Below, piece after piece: positions 24,912-37,742 of a stretch of DNA of 64,000 nucleotides. The first letter of the stretch is position 1. Each line of letters starts with the position of its first letter. Location: positions 2,728,001 through 2,792,000 of the forward strand of contig NW_027361801.1 of the NCBI RefSeq assembly GCF_039654945.1. The letters are read 5' to 3'. The notes beneath the pieces were generated by a model. The model did no database searches. It was not told the DNA's origin and saw nothing but the letters and a program-made list of their open reading frames with translations. The DNA comes from Dendrobates tinctorius (Eukaryota). Position numbers and translations under genes: made by a program.

Positions 24912-26390
24912 TAAGTATATACATATATAATTGCAGCACATTTATGGGACGTACGGTACCTCAATATCTCCCCCTAAACATAGTTATTGGTACTGTTATG
25001 TCTCCACAGGACATGAGTGGTATTTCTGGTATATTAGCTGCTGGCTGAGGTTTGGCCAGGCATTCCTACAGAACATGTAGGATCCTGCTCCGGGAATAAG
25101 GTGTTTCCTGATCGCAATAAAGGAAAGCAATAAAACATCAATTAATGTCAGCACTATGTAATGGAGGAAGAAACCGAAGTCGTCATTACAGGCCTGTAAC
25201 ATATCGCTTATTACTACTGATCTGGAGGTTCACTATGGCGGCCAAATAGTAGGAGGTTGCAAGCGTTAATTACAGATTTATGACCAAACTTTAGATGAAC
25301 TCTACAGCATCGTGCCACAGATACTTATTTCAACGAGATGGCTAAAAAAAGACAAAGGTTCATTAAGGCTCAACTATGATCAAACCATGTTGACTGAGAG
25401 AAAGACAAAAATCCTACTAGGCACATGCCGAATGTCCCATATTAGAAGGGGTTATCTGGGACTTTGCTTATTTTTGTGGCTAAGTTCCAACCTGACGAAG
25501 ATCTCTGCCAACCAGGAGAGGTCGTGGACCTTTGCTGCCTGATTCTTCTGCTTCCACATTAACAGAGTAGCTCCTTCTCTTCCGCTCAGCCCAGTCGTTG
25601 AGACGTCACTGCCAATGTCATTGTGATTGACAGCCGGCTCCCTGCTGCCTAAATGCGGGGAGCCGGCTGTTAATCAGCGCGGAGCAGAAGAGGAAAACCT
25701 GCTCTGTTGACATGAGGTCAAAGGAAGCAGGAGAGTCACTGCTCTGTGCCGACAGATATTGTCGGTGGGCAAAATAGGCACGTAGTTAGTAACTGCCTGC
25801 CTGTTAGTCCTCAGCCCCATAAGTAAAGAAAAACAATATACTCAAGACATTGGAAAGTTATGAATTTTTGTAATATACTTTATTACATTATTTTGCTTCC
25901 TTCTCTCCCAAACACTATGTCCCAGTGCTGTTTCAATGCAGTGGTAATGCTCCTTCTGAAACTGCTTTCAACTGCTGCTCAGCAAAGAGGTGGACACTAT
26001 GGGGCAGATTTATTAAGACTGAAGTAACGCACAAAAGTAGTACGCCATACTTACTGAAACAGAAGGTGATGAATCCATTAAGATGTACAGTCCATTTAAT
26101 GAATTCGGCACCTCTTGTAAGCGACACGCGCCTCTGTGCACTGCGCCAGTCCCAGACTGTTGTAGTTTTTCCGGCATACAACGCCCAGACATTTTTGATG
26201 AACTTGACATGTGTATGTAGCCATGCCCTAGTCACGTTCATGTTGGTGGCGCTGAGTGAAATTGGTGAAAAAAAGCAACAAAAGTCGAAAAAATTTAGCA
26301 GAACTCCCCACTGCGTAAAGAATTTTGCAACTTTTCAAAAATTTTATGCCAGCTTATTCGAGTAGAAGCAACAACGAACTGGTCCATATA

Positions 26391-26703
26391 CACTCATGGC
26401 AGAAAGTGTTGGCACCCTTGAAATTGTTCCAGAAAATGTAATATTTCTTCCAGAATATTTTTGCAATAACACATTTTGTTATACACATGTTTATTTCCTT
26501 TGTGTGTATTGGAACAACACAAGAAAACAGCGAAAAAAGGCAAATTGGACATAATTTCATACAAAACCTCGAAAATGGTCCGGACCAAATTGTTGGCACC
26601 TTTCCAAAATTGTACTTAAACAATCTTGATTTAAGCATGTGATGCTTGTTCAAACTCACCTGTGTCAAGTAATAAGTGTGGGCAATATTAAAATTACTCC
26701 GTA
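26391..26703 (+). mobile_element. Tc1 left-end fragment
   Basis: TA followed by CACTCATGGCAGAAAGTGTTGGCACCC; reverse-complement similarity to 28620-28829. Confidence 0.7.
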
Positions 26704-27639
26704 TACACACATGGAGCTGCTTCAGTCACCACTCACGGCATTGTGATTGGTGGCCGTTTGCACTCCTCAACACTATAATTAATAGCTCGCTCTGCAGTTC
26801 ATATGCGTAGACTGAGCTGTCAAAGTGCTTCAGTGCGCTTACAGCCCCCATGTACAATGCTGTGAGCGGTGGCTGTAGCCGTGCTGGCCACGCCTCTATG
26901 ACTGAAAGCTGGCGGCTCACCGGAAAGGAAAAAAGTTAATTTTATCCCAGTAGCCTCGCTTTCCGTGCCATGGCCCGGCTGCTTTCTAACGTTATTAACC
27001 TGCAAATAATCCCTATATCTCTAAGGTTATCTGTGTTTGGGGATATGACAGGCTCACCTTAAGGGGTGATGTACAGATGAGTGCGGTTCAACCATCTATT
27101 TACCGCAAACCTCAGGCTCATAATACTATCCTTAGGGTGAATAGCTCACACCCTAAACATACAATTAAATCGACTCCAACAGGGGAATGTATTTGTGCCC
27201 AAAGCGACTGTTCAGATGATGCTCCCTAGAATGTATCTGAATTATCATATTAGCACCAGTAAACCTTAAAAGGGCTTGTCCACCTTTTAGGACATTTTTT
27301 TGTAATGTAAATACATGTAAGTGAGATGAAAAATTTAGTTTTGCTATTTTCATTACTTTTTTTTAACTGTTTGCTTTCTATAGCCTCTATATTGCACTGT
27401 CGTTTGCAGGCTGCGGAATGAGTTAACTGAGAATCCATCAGTCAGACTATCCCCAAATAAATGCATTTGATTAAAACTAAATAACTAAATGTCCCCAAAG
27501 CTGGAAAAACATCTAAAAATTCACATCATTATTGTTTAAATACATCATAAAGAGTATGCTGGACTAAGGGTAGTAGTTGAGAATCAAACGTTCATTTATT
27601 GAACTAATTACAAGTATTATTGGTCTAAGTGAGAAGGTG

Positions 27640-28829
27640 TCCTTGTGAATTTTTAGGATATCATAAAAAAAAAAAAAACACAGAAAAAAAAAAAGTCAAA
27701 TTGGACATAATGTCACACAAAACCACAAAAAAAAAATGGACGGGATAAAATTGTTGGCATCTTTCAAAAAATGGGGGTAAACAACTTTGATTCAAGCAGG
27801 TGATGCTCATTCAAAGTCACCTGTGGCAAGTAGCAGTTGTGGGCAATATCAAAATCACACCTGAAACCAGATAAAAAGGGGGAGAAGTTGACTCAATCTT
27901 TGCATTGTGAGTCTGTGTGTGCCACACTAAGGCTACTTGCACACTTGCGTTCCTTGGAGCTGCGCACGGCCGCTGCTAAGCTCCGCCCCTGCCGCGCCTC
28001 CTCCTGTTAGCTCTGCCTATGAGCGCATGACGCTGCATGCGACCTGCGTACCCTATCTTTAGCATTTGGTACGCAGGCCATGCACAGGTATGCGTTTGCC
28101 GGCACATGCGTCCTTTTGACGGTGCGTTGACCTGTGCCAAATGAACCCTGTTGCATTTTGGTGCACTCGGCGCACCATCAAAAGGACGCATGCGCCGGCA
28201 AACGCATACCTGCGCATGGCCTGTTTACCAAATGCTAAAGATAGGGTACGCAGGTCGCATGCAGCGTCATGCGCCCATAGGCGGAGCTAACCGGAGGCAC
28301 GGCAGGGGATGAAGCTTAGCGGCGGCTGTGCGCAGCTCCAAGGAACGCAAGTGTGCAAGTAGCCTAAGCATGGAGAACAGAAAGAGGAGAAGAGAACTGT
28401 CTGAGGAATTGAGAACCAAAATTGTTCTCTGAAGTGGCCAGCAATGAGTCTGGATCTAAATCCCATTGAACACCTGTGGAGAGATCTTAAAATTGCTGTT
28501 TCGAGAAGAAGTCTTCAATATACTCCAGTTGAGAGGTGTAAGAAGCTTGCTAATGGTTATAGGAAGCGACTGATTGCAGTTATTTATTCTAAAAGGTGTA
28601 CAACCAAATATTAAACTTAGGGTGCCAACAATTTTGTCCTGCCCATTTTGGGGTTTTTGTGTGAAATTATGTCCAATTTGCCTTTTTTTCCCCCGTTTTT
28701 TTTTGTTGTTACATACACATGAAGGAAATAAACATGTATATCAAAACGTGTCATTGCAATAATTTTCAGGGAAAAATACTTCATTTTCTGGGACAATTTC
28801 AAGAGTGCCAACTTTTTCAACCATGACTA
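27640..28829 (+). mobile_element. Internally deleted Tc1 remnant
   Basis: MENRKRRRELSEELRTKIV joined directly to the [21 protein letters not shown]-terminal segment; right TIR ends near 28829. Confidence 0.75.
27931..28364. mobile_element. Harbinger-type MITE, near-perfect 434-bp palindrome
   Basis: TAA TSD (27928-30 and 28365-67); GGCTACTTGCACACTTGCG / CGCAAGTGTGCAAGTAGCC termini; inserted just before the Tc1 ATG. Confidence 0.9.
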
Positions 28830-30228
28830 CAAATACATACATACATACACTTGACAGCAGACTGTCACGTACCACCATAGCTCCCCTCTTGTTAGGGATT
28901 TTATCATACGATCTTAAATATGTTAGATGCATGTCTTGTTCACACGTGGCATTATTTAGGCATTTTTTTCTGTATAAAAAACCCAAGCTATGGCTAGAAT
29001 ACCACACTAGTAATTAGACTTATTTGTGTTGCCTATTTTGGTGCGTTTTTTTGTTTTTTTTTTGTACTAAAATCATTGGGGAACAACTGAAATGCTGAAA
29101 ACATTGACATGCTGTATTTAGAAAAAAAAATGCAAAACAAAACAAGAACTGCGTTGTGTGAATGAGATTTTATGAATTTTATTCATTTTGCGGTTACTGT
29201 AAATCGCTGCATATTTTTCCCATCCGCATAAAAACCTCATTAAATAAAACGCTACTTGTGAACGAACCCTAAAGATAGGAGTACGCCTTGAGTATTTGTA
29301 ACAGAATTTTCTGTACCAACAACCAGTGTAGTTGAAGGAAAAACTCTGCAATATGAGCATTTTTTATTATATTTTTATGGTTTTTTTTCTTCCATTCATT
29401 TGAATGGTTGAAGAATGTTGCAAAACCATTGATTATCCCCAAAAAGATGATATCAGGAAAGAGAAGGATCAGCCATGTTGAATTATCATGCCCATTCTTT
29501 TTGCTCTTGGTAGGTGATACACTGCCTCCAGAGAAGCCTGGCAGAGTTTTATCCCACTCTCTCCTCATCGAAAAAACATGGATGTTGGTCGGAGACTAGC
29601 ATCCATTTGGAGTTTTGGGTGGTTGTCTGTTAAAGGCAATAACTAACTATTCGAGTACTAACGTCACTGGCTCCACAACATTGCTGATCAGTTTGTCATT
29701 TGTGTTACGGCATCGCTTCCTCCGGTTGGCAGGTCTCACCTTTACTTATGTCATACTAAGGACTATTCAACGTAAATTAAAGGGTGGAAATGTAAAGAAA
29801 ACCCTCCATGTATCTGTTTTCTAACTTTCATAAGATTCCTCTTTACTGCCTTAGAGGATACAAATTTGATTATTTTTTCACAAACAACATTGTGCGCTCA
29901 TCCTTGGGTCGATGCCAAAAGCATCGTAGTAATCACATCAGATCAGGTCATTGATGTTATAGGGATCGAGTAGGAGAAAACTGAAAATGTCCGTACTACC
30001 TGACAATCGTTCCTCAAAGTGGGCATACGCCTTAGTGCGCCTGCAAGTGTGTAAATGAAAAATCGACCGAGTTTCATCATGAAAACTCAAACCATTTTTT
30101 CTATAATTGTCATCAGATATTCATCCATGTTCTATCAGTGTGTCCATTTTTATGTCTACTATGTCTGGCGTACATGCCCGAAAATGTTGCACAACAGATC
30201 ACATGTTCACTCTGTCAGCATCTATATA

Positions 30229-31876
30229 CAGTCATATGTAAAAGTTTGGGCACCCCTATTAATGTTAACCTTTATCTTTATAACAGTTTTGTTTTTTGCA
30301 ACAGCTATTTCAGTTTCATATATCTAATAACTGATGGACTCAGTTATATTTCTGGATTCAAATGAGATTTATTGTACTAACAGAAAATGTGCAATCTGCA
30401 TTATAATAAAATTTGACCAGTGCAAAAGTATGGGCACCTCAACATAACAGTGACATTAATATTTCGTAGATCCTCCTTTTGCAAAAATAACAGCCTCTAG
30501 TCGCTTCCTGTAGCTATTAATGAGTTCCTGGATCCTGGATGAAGGTATTTGTGACCATTCCTGTTTACAAAACAATTCCAGTTCAGTTAAGTTTGATGGT
30601 CGCCGAGCATGGACAGCCCGCTTCAAATCATCCCAAAGATGTTCAATGATATTCAGGTCTGGGGACTGGGATGGCCATTCCAGAACATTGTAATTGTTCC
30701 TCTGCATGAATGCCTGAGTAGATTTGGAGCGGTGATTTGGATCATTGTCTTGCTGAAATATCCATCCCCTGCGTAACTTCAACTTCATCACGGATTTTTG
30801 CACATTATTGTCAAGAATCTGCTGATACTGAGTTGAATCCATGCGACCCTCAACTTTAACAAGATTCCCGGTGCCGGCATTGGCCACACAGCCCCAAAGC
30901 ATGATGGAACCTCCACCAAATTTTACTGTGGGTAGCAAGTGTTTTTCTTGGAATGCTGTGTTTTTTAGCCTCCATGCATAACGCCTTTTTGTATGACCAA
31001 ACAACTCAATCTTTGTTTCATCAGTCCACAGGACCTTCTTCCAAAATGTAACTGGCTTGTCCAAATGTGCTTTTGCATACCTCAGGCGACTCTGTTTGTG
31101 GCGTGCTTGCAGAAACGGCTTCTTTCGCATCACTCTCCCATACAGCTTCTCCTCGTGCAAAGTGCGCTGTATTGTTGACCGATGCACAGTGACACCATCT
31201 GCAGCAAGATGATGCTGCAGGTCTTTGGAGGTGGTCTGTGGATTGTCCTTGACTGTTCTCACCATTCTTCTTCTCTGCCTTTCTGATATTTTTCTTGGCC
31301 TGCCACTTCTGGGCTTAACAAGAACTGTACCTGTGTTCTTCCATTTCCTTACTATGTTCCTCACAGTGGAAACTGACAGGTTAAATCTCTGAGACAACTT
31401 TTTGTATCCTTTCCCTGAAAAGCTATGTTGAATAATCTTTGTTTTCAGATCATTTGAGAGTCGTTTTGAGGAGCCCATGATGCCACTCTTCATAGGAGAA
31501 TCACATAGGAGAACTACTTGCAAGTGGCCACCTTAAATACCTTTTCTCATGATTTGATACACCTGGCTATGAAGTTCAAAGCTCAATGAAGTTATAAAAC
31601 CAATTTAGTGCTTCAGGAAGTCAGTAAAAAGTAGTTAGGCGTGTTCAAATCAAGAAAATGATAAGGGTGCCCATACTTTTGCACCGGCCAAATTTTGTTT
31701 AAATGCAGATTGCACATTTTCTGTTAGTACAATAAACCTCATTGGAATCCAGAAATATAACTGAGTCCATCAGTTATTAGATATATGAAACTGAAATAGC
31801 TGTTGCCAAAACCAAAATTGTTATAAAGAAAAAAGGTTAACATTAATAGGGGTGCCCAAACTTTTACATATGACTG
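30229..31876 (-). mobile_element. Tc1-like IR/DR transposon, full length (1648 bp), intact ORF
   Basis: TA TSD; ~210-bp TIRs starting CAGTCATATGTAAAAGTTTGGGCACCCC with inner direct repeats AAAAGT(T/A)TGGGCACC. Confidence 0.96.
30456..31478 (-). CDS. Tc1 DD34E transposase (340 aa from MGSSKRLS)
   Basis: Paired-like HTH region, GRPRK, WTDE, QQD followed by 34 residues then E (NIIE); no stops or frameshifts. Confidence 0.93.
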   Translation of the reverse strand: MGSSKRLSNDLKTKIIQHSFSGKGYKKLSQRFNLSVSTVRNIVRKWKNTGTVLVKPRSGRPRKISERQRRRMVRTVKDNPQTTSKDLQHHLAADGVTVHRSTIQRTLHEEKLYGRVMRKKPFLQARHKQSRLRYAKAHLDKPVTFWKKVLWTDETKIELFGHTKRRYAWRLKNTAFQEKHLLPTVKFGGGSIMLWGCVANAGTGNLVKVEGRMDSTQYQQILDNNVQKSVMKLKLRRGWIFQQDNDPNHRSKSTQAFMQRNNYNVLEWPSQSPDLNIIEHLWDDLKRAVHARRPSNLTELELFCKQEWSQIPSSRIQELINSYRKRLEAVIFAKGGSTKY

Positions 31877-32122
31877 TAGTCTAGGGCCCCAATGGCACAC
31901 ACGCCTGAATCCTGTTTTGCGTGGGGGTTCGTTGGCCCAGAGAGGCCCAACGAACGGAAGCCAGAACACAAGGTGTATAGTCAGCTTTAGCCAAAGAACA
32001 ATAAGCATAGCTGTCAAGGGAAAGAAAAGCTCTGCAGTCAGAATTTTGTCAATTCTACAGTGTAATTGTATCTCCACAAACAATGGATTATGCAGTTCCT
32101 AGATACAAAAAAGGCAATCTTA

Positions 32123-32410
32123 GGGCCCCGTCACACATAGCGACTCACCAGCGATCCCGACAACGATATGACCTTGTCAGGATCGCTGGCGAGTCGCTAC
32201 CTGATCGCTGGTGAGCTGCCAAACAGACAGCTTCACCAGCGATCAGCACCAGCGACGCCGAGCGCGCACGACGCTGTGTACGTTAGTTACCAGCGCGCTG
32301 ATGCAGGGAGCTGGTAACTAGGGTACACATCGGGTTTCTAAGCGGCATGTCACTTAGAAACCCGATGTGTACCTTGGTTAACTAAGGTACACAGAGGGTT
32401 TCTAAGCACC
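32123..32410. mobile_element. Truncated Harbinger-type MITE (family of the 13.7-kb and 18.6-kb copies)
   Basis: TTA followed by GGGCCCCGTCACACATAG; shared internal motifs gttaccagcgcgctgatgcagggagctggtaac. Confidence 0.75.
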
Positions 32411-32984
32411 GTTCCAGTTCCTAGAGAGCTGGCAGAATGCTGCCGATGTAGAGGAACTGCCCAATATAAAAACAGAGTGAATGGTAAGTTACAAAAAACG
32501 AGAATTGGGACACTTCCATACTAGTCTGCTATGCGCACCAAAAACAGTTTTACCTTTCGAGGCATTTGGTCATGTTTTTCTACAAGTCTTGTGAAATAGG
32601 AAATGTAACCAATTATGTAATTTTGTTTTCTTATTAAAAAAAAGAAAATAATTAGGCCACGTTCACGTGATCAGTTTTTTGCCTCAGTATTTGGAAGCCA
32701 AAACCAGGAGTGGGTGATAGAAGTGGTGACGTGTTTCCATTATACTTTTCCTCTGACTGTTCCACTCCTGGTTCTGGCTTACAAATACTGGGGTAAAAAA
32801 CTCACCAAATACTGAATGTGTGACCTTACACCTCAGCAATATGCATGGCATCTATAGATGGGAAGGTCTCCCCAATCATCATTTCCTAATGTGACCCTCA
32901 CAACAAACAACCTTACATTAATAAAGCCAAATAACAGGGATATCCCTGTGGGATATGTGCATTCAGTAGACTAAAAAAGGTACA

Positions 32985-33208
32985 GATGGGTTCTTTACAG
33001 TTAGAGCATTCAGACTGTGGAACGCCCAACCACAGGAATAGTAATGGCAGACACTATAACAGCTTTTATTAAAAAAAGAGCTGGATGATTTCTTCAGTAC
33101 ACATAACACTGCAGGTTATAGTCAAATTTAATGACCAAAAAGTGTATATATATGGGAAAAGGTTGACCTTGATGGACCGAGGGCTTTTTTCAACCTATGT
33201 AACTATAT
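32985..33208 (+). mobile_element. Old CR1 3' fragment
   Basis: FFTVRAFRLWN C-terminal ORF2 motif; 3' UTR gttgaccttgatggacc...caacctatgtaactat. Confidence 0.7.
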
Positions 33209-36200
33209 CATGCAACACGAACCTCCGACCGTACAGTATGTCCACCATTGAATAGCCTTCTAGTTCTCTAAATAAATGCACCGATCCTAAGTTACAGCCT
33301 ATATTATACTGCAGAGCTGAATTTATAATTCCGCAGGCTTCTAATCTAAAACTTCCTACTATTTCTTGCTGCACAGAACCTACATGGGCAATTTGCTGTC
33401 TAGAAAGTGTAGATGTTGGACAAGGCGCTGCAAAGTAATCTAATGCCAAAAAAACTTAAAGATGATCTGCTGAGGATGCGTCTGACGACAAGCTTGTAAA
33501 CAGTTTCCATTGAAGTGCAGCAGAATTATGAATGGAGCTCTGAATCCTGACATATACTCCCAGCTTTAGCTCCTTGCAGGCACCAAGATGCTACTTCTGC
33601 ACCTCCTATAATCACCTCTCAGGACAACTTTCATTTACTAAATGCATGTATTTGTGGCTAAAAAATTATGTTTACAATTGGGTTTCAATAAAAATATTGC
33701 ACAGTTTGGATTTTACAGGTTCTTTATTGCCTTGTACATTCAGTTTTGTGGTCTGTGGTCAAAAATCAGCTGAGAATAGCTCAGAAAAGGACAAATAAAA
33801 GAGTTACAGAGATGTAGCTCACTGATGGATTCTCAGTTAACCTATTCTCCAGCCAGTGCAACAGAGAAGCCATAGGAGGCAAACGATGCAATTTTTTTTT
33901 AATGAAACCCAATTACAAAAATTAGTTTTTAGCCAAAAAGAACCTGTAAGAATCATCTACACCCCCAAACCATTTATATGTGTGTTTCCCTTGACAAGAT
34001 AAGCATGTCTAATCTCATTATGACCCTAAAAACGAGCCTCCAACAGCAAGAAATTGCATTCTGAAGGTCTGTATGTATATATATATGTGTCTGGAAGTGC
34101 ATGGGGCGTGACAATGCACTTCCAGCGTCTCAGTCCCATGCTGTACTCCCGACCTGGAGCCACTCTGCGCCAATTGATCGACAGGAGGTGGTCTCCAATT
34201 TACAGCGGGGAACACAGTGTGAGGCCGAGGATCTGGAAGTGCATCGTCACGCCCCAATGCTCTTCCAGACACATTTGCACAGGAGGTTCAGAAGAGGACT
34301 TCTCACAAAGACCATCGCTTTGGGGTCATAAAGAAATCAAAGTGCTAATCTTTTAAAGGGACACACAGTTATATTAATGCTTTGGGGATGTAGAAGTTTC
34401 TGAAATGTAAATAAAATGTGTCCTCAAAGATGGACAATCCCTTTAAAGCTCCTGGGTCCCAAAGGCCAAATCTGTAAAAGCCCCGATCCTAATTTCTTAA
34501 GCGTCAGTATCAGTTTTCTCATCCTTTTGGGCCCACCTAGGTCAAATATTAACCCATTTTTCTACGGCCTTCATTTCACAAACAATATAGAATCAGCCGC
34601 CCGTACTGAGAATCACACCATATAATTTAGATACAATCTTCTCTAAATGCCAAGAAAACAAAGGCAGAGATATGTTTACAAGCCAAGGACGGTGCACAGG
34701 GCAACAGCGAAATAACCCGATCAGGTATGTACAGATGTAGCAGAGCCAATTTTGGACAACTCTGCTCCTACGATGAGCCGCGACAAATGGCAAACCCAGC
34801 TCTACATCGCTTTGTTGCACAATTGCATGGACAGAACAGGCGTTTTATGCTTATAGTCAGATGTCAGTGAATGTTGGGAGTTGTAGTTTCACAAGACCAA
34901 AACATTCTGTCCAGTATATATTTATAGAGAATAGTCATAAAATTAATCTAATTTACAAAAAAATAGCCAAAACGCAGTTAGAGGTTGAATGGGTGTTTAC
35001 CGCGCAGAAAATATTATGTGCGGTTAACCTTTTAAATGCCAGCGCTGCATATCTAAAGAATCCTATAAAATACATTAGTCTGTAATAAACCGAAACTTTA
35101 AAAGGGCCATAAATACCTAATAATATCTGCAACCTATAAAAATGCAGATTGCAACAGCTCACACATGGGCACGGATGTGTTCCCTGGTGCCGCAGATGGG
35201 CGAGATAAAGTAAGGGTCATCGCGGCAGGGATTACATTGAATAACAGCCATTTTCCCTTTACCAATTGATATGGCTGATAGCAGGGGACAATAGCGGAAC
35301 CTCAGTATTTACAGAGAGAACAGATTGGCTGCAGGTTGACGATCAGATGGTTATGGAGAACATAAGGCAATGCGGGAAAGTTGGAAACACATTTTAATAA
35401 ATGAATGAATAGCAATGTATATATAAGTGCATCAATATATATGGTAATGTGGGTGAACCAGGGATATAACACAGGCAAATAAAATCAGTATTTTTGCACT
35501 AGCTCTGGTGTAACCCATGCCTGTATGACATATATGGGACATGCTGCACAAATTACGGCAGAGCGACATATATTGGACATGCTGATGAATGGAATACATA
35601 CAACACACAGCAGGTCCTTAAACCCATATGCATATATGGCAAGAACCATAAAATTCTGCATGGACGTAACCACCGGCTCCTCCACTCCATACTTTATTCA
35701 GAGCGCTCCTTCATTTCAGCCATATCCCTTTAAAGTGCCCCTATGATTTTTTTCCAGAATCAGTTTTTACCTGCGCTGTGAGGTTTTACAAATCCTGCGA
35801 CTTATAAATTCAGACCTTGGGCTTGTTGAGTAATCCCAGTCCAGGCGTTGTCTGTAGTACCTGTCTCCAGAGCTGTCAGGTCGATGTGACTCAGGGTTAC
35901 CTGAGCTCTGACTGAAGATGTGCTCTACTGAAAACAGCCAAGCCCAAGGTCTGAGGACTGGGAGGAGCGGAGGGAGCTGTGCCCTTCAGGGAACCAAACA
36001 GGTTTGTCCTACAAAAATTCCTCCGTCCTCATCTTTCTCTTTCTCTAAGTGGGCATAGCTGCCACATTCTTCACATTCTCACCGAAGGCGTCATCGCTGA
36101 CCCAGTCTCCTGGAAACAGTCACCGAGCTTATTTTTTCATGTTTAGTCATTGACCATCCATGGTCAGGTTGAAAGATTCTAACCATTGCTGACAATTATA

Positions 36201-36864
36201 GATTTTTCCACCACAAACCAGTTTAGCAGCTTTGAAGAACACAAGACATTATGGGTTTTTCTGACTAATTCTTTGCAGTGTATTGTGGAAACAACGATGA
36301 CAGATCTATAAAATGCTTCTTGCCGCTGTCATTGAGTGTCACACGGAGACACCATGTTTCATTCTTTGGCCTTCTTTCTCCAGGCACAAGCGTAAAGTAG
36401 GAGTCTGAATGAAGGGTTATCATGTATCCGGCGTGGAGAGATGATCTTCTCTATCAGTAAGGATTGGTGATGAGGGTATGTGTTGAGATAGTCTTATCTG
36501 AGCATGCTCAGGTGCTAACCGAGTGTCTTCGGCGTGCTCGAAAAATATGTTCGAGTCCCCACGGCTGCATGTCTCATGGCTATTCGATAGCCACAACACA
36601 TGCTGGGAGTGCCTAAGAAACAGGCAATCTGACAGATAATTCTGGAGGAGATAAAAGTTGCATAATTTCAATTTTAAGGCCTAACCATTTTGTCCTTCAG
36701 GAGATAAGAACACAATGTCAACTTTCATCATTTGCAATAGAGCATTTCCACAACTAAATCCACCGTGAAATCAAATCGGTTTGGATTGATTTTATTGCTG
36801 CCAATTTTCAGCTTTAGAAAAGGAAAATCAGTAGCAGATATGTCTTGTGCAGAAATACCCCTAA

Positions 36865-37499
36865 GGCCGAGGTCACACTAACCGACGCAAAATATGGTCA
36901 GTATTTTACATGCGTAATACGGATGAATGGCCCCTAAACAGTGCTCCGTATGTCATCCGTAATCAAGGTGTGGTCGCGTATTTTGCGCATGTGAGCATCC
37001 GTATGTAATCCGTATGGCGAGATTTTCTCGCAGGCTTGCAAAATGGACATATAATGGAGCCCTATGACAGGGTTTCTAACAGAAAACAAAGGATATAGAC
37101 ACATAGAATACATATATATGTATATATATATATATATATGTATTATATGTGTATATATCTATTCTTTTGTTTCTTTATTAAACCTGTCAGTGTGAGTTTA
37201 CTGTATCGCGCACTGAATTGCCGGCTTTGCTAAAAGACACCGGGTGCGTATTTCTCGCAAGTCACATGTGTGGTCCGTGTGTAATCCATATTTTTTGCGC
37301 ACCCATAGACTTGCATTGGCGTACTACGGCCGTAGTACGCTGACAATCGCAGCATGCTGCGATTGGCACGGACCGTAGAATACGGATGAGAAATATACGG
37401 CTGGTGCGAGGGACCCTATAGAGAATCATTGGTCCGTGTCTAATGCGTGCTTTTAGCGCCTCTCACTCGGCCGTATTCCTCGCCAGTGTGACCCCGGCC
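36865..37499. mobile_element. Harbinger-type MITE with internal (TA)n
   Basis: TAA TSD; GGCCGAGGTCACACT / AGTGTGACCCCGGCC termini. Confidence 0.8.
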
Positions 37500-37742
37500 T
37501 AAAGGAGATGTCCAAGGCCGACATCAATATGAGATTGGTGGGGTCCGGCAACCAGCACCTCCATCAACAAGCGTGCGTTCTCAATAGGGCAGAAGAATAA
37601 GCTGTTATCAGACACTGCAAATGTTGGGCCTATTCACATGGTAGAGGAGACACGACATCCTAACACTCACACGTGGTTATCCCGTTCCACCAAAATGAAC
37701 AGGCTTTGGACCACAAATATCTGATAGGTATAGGCACATATA

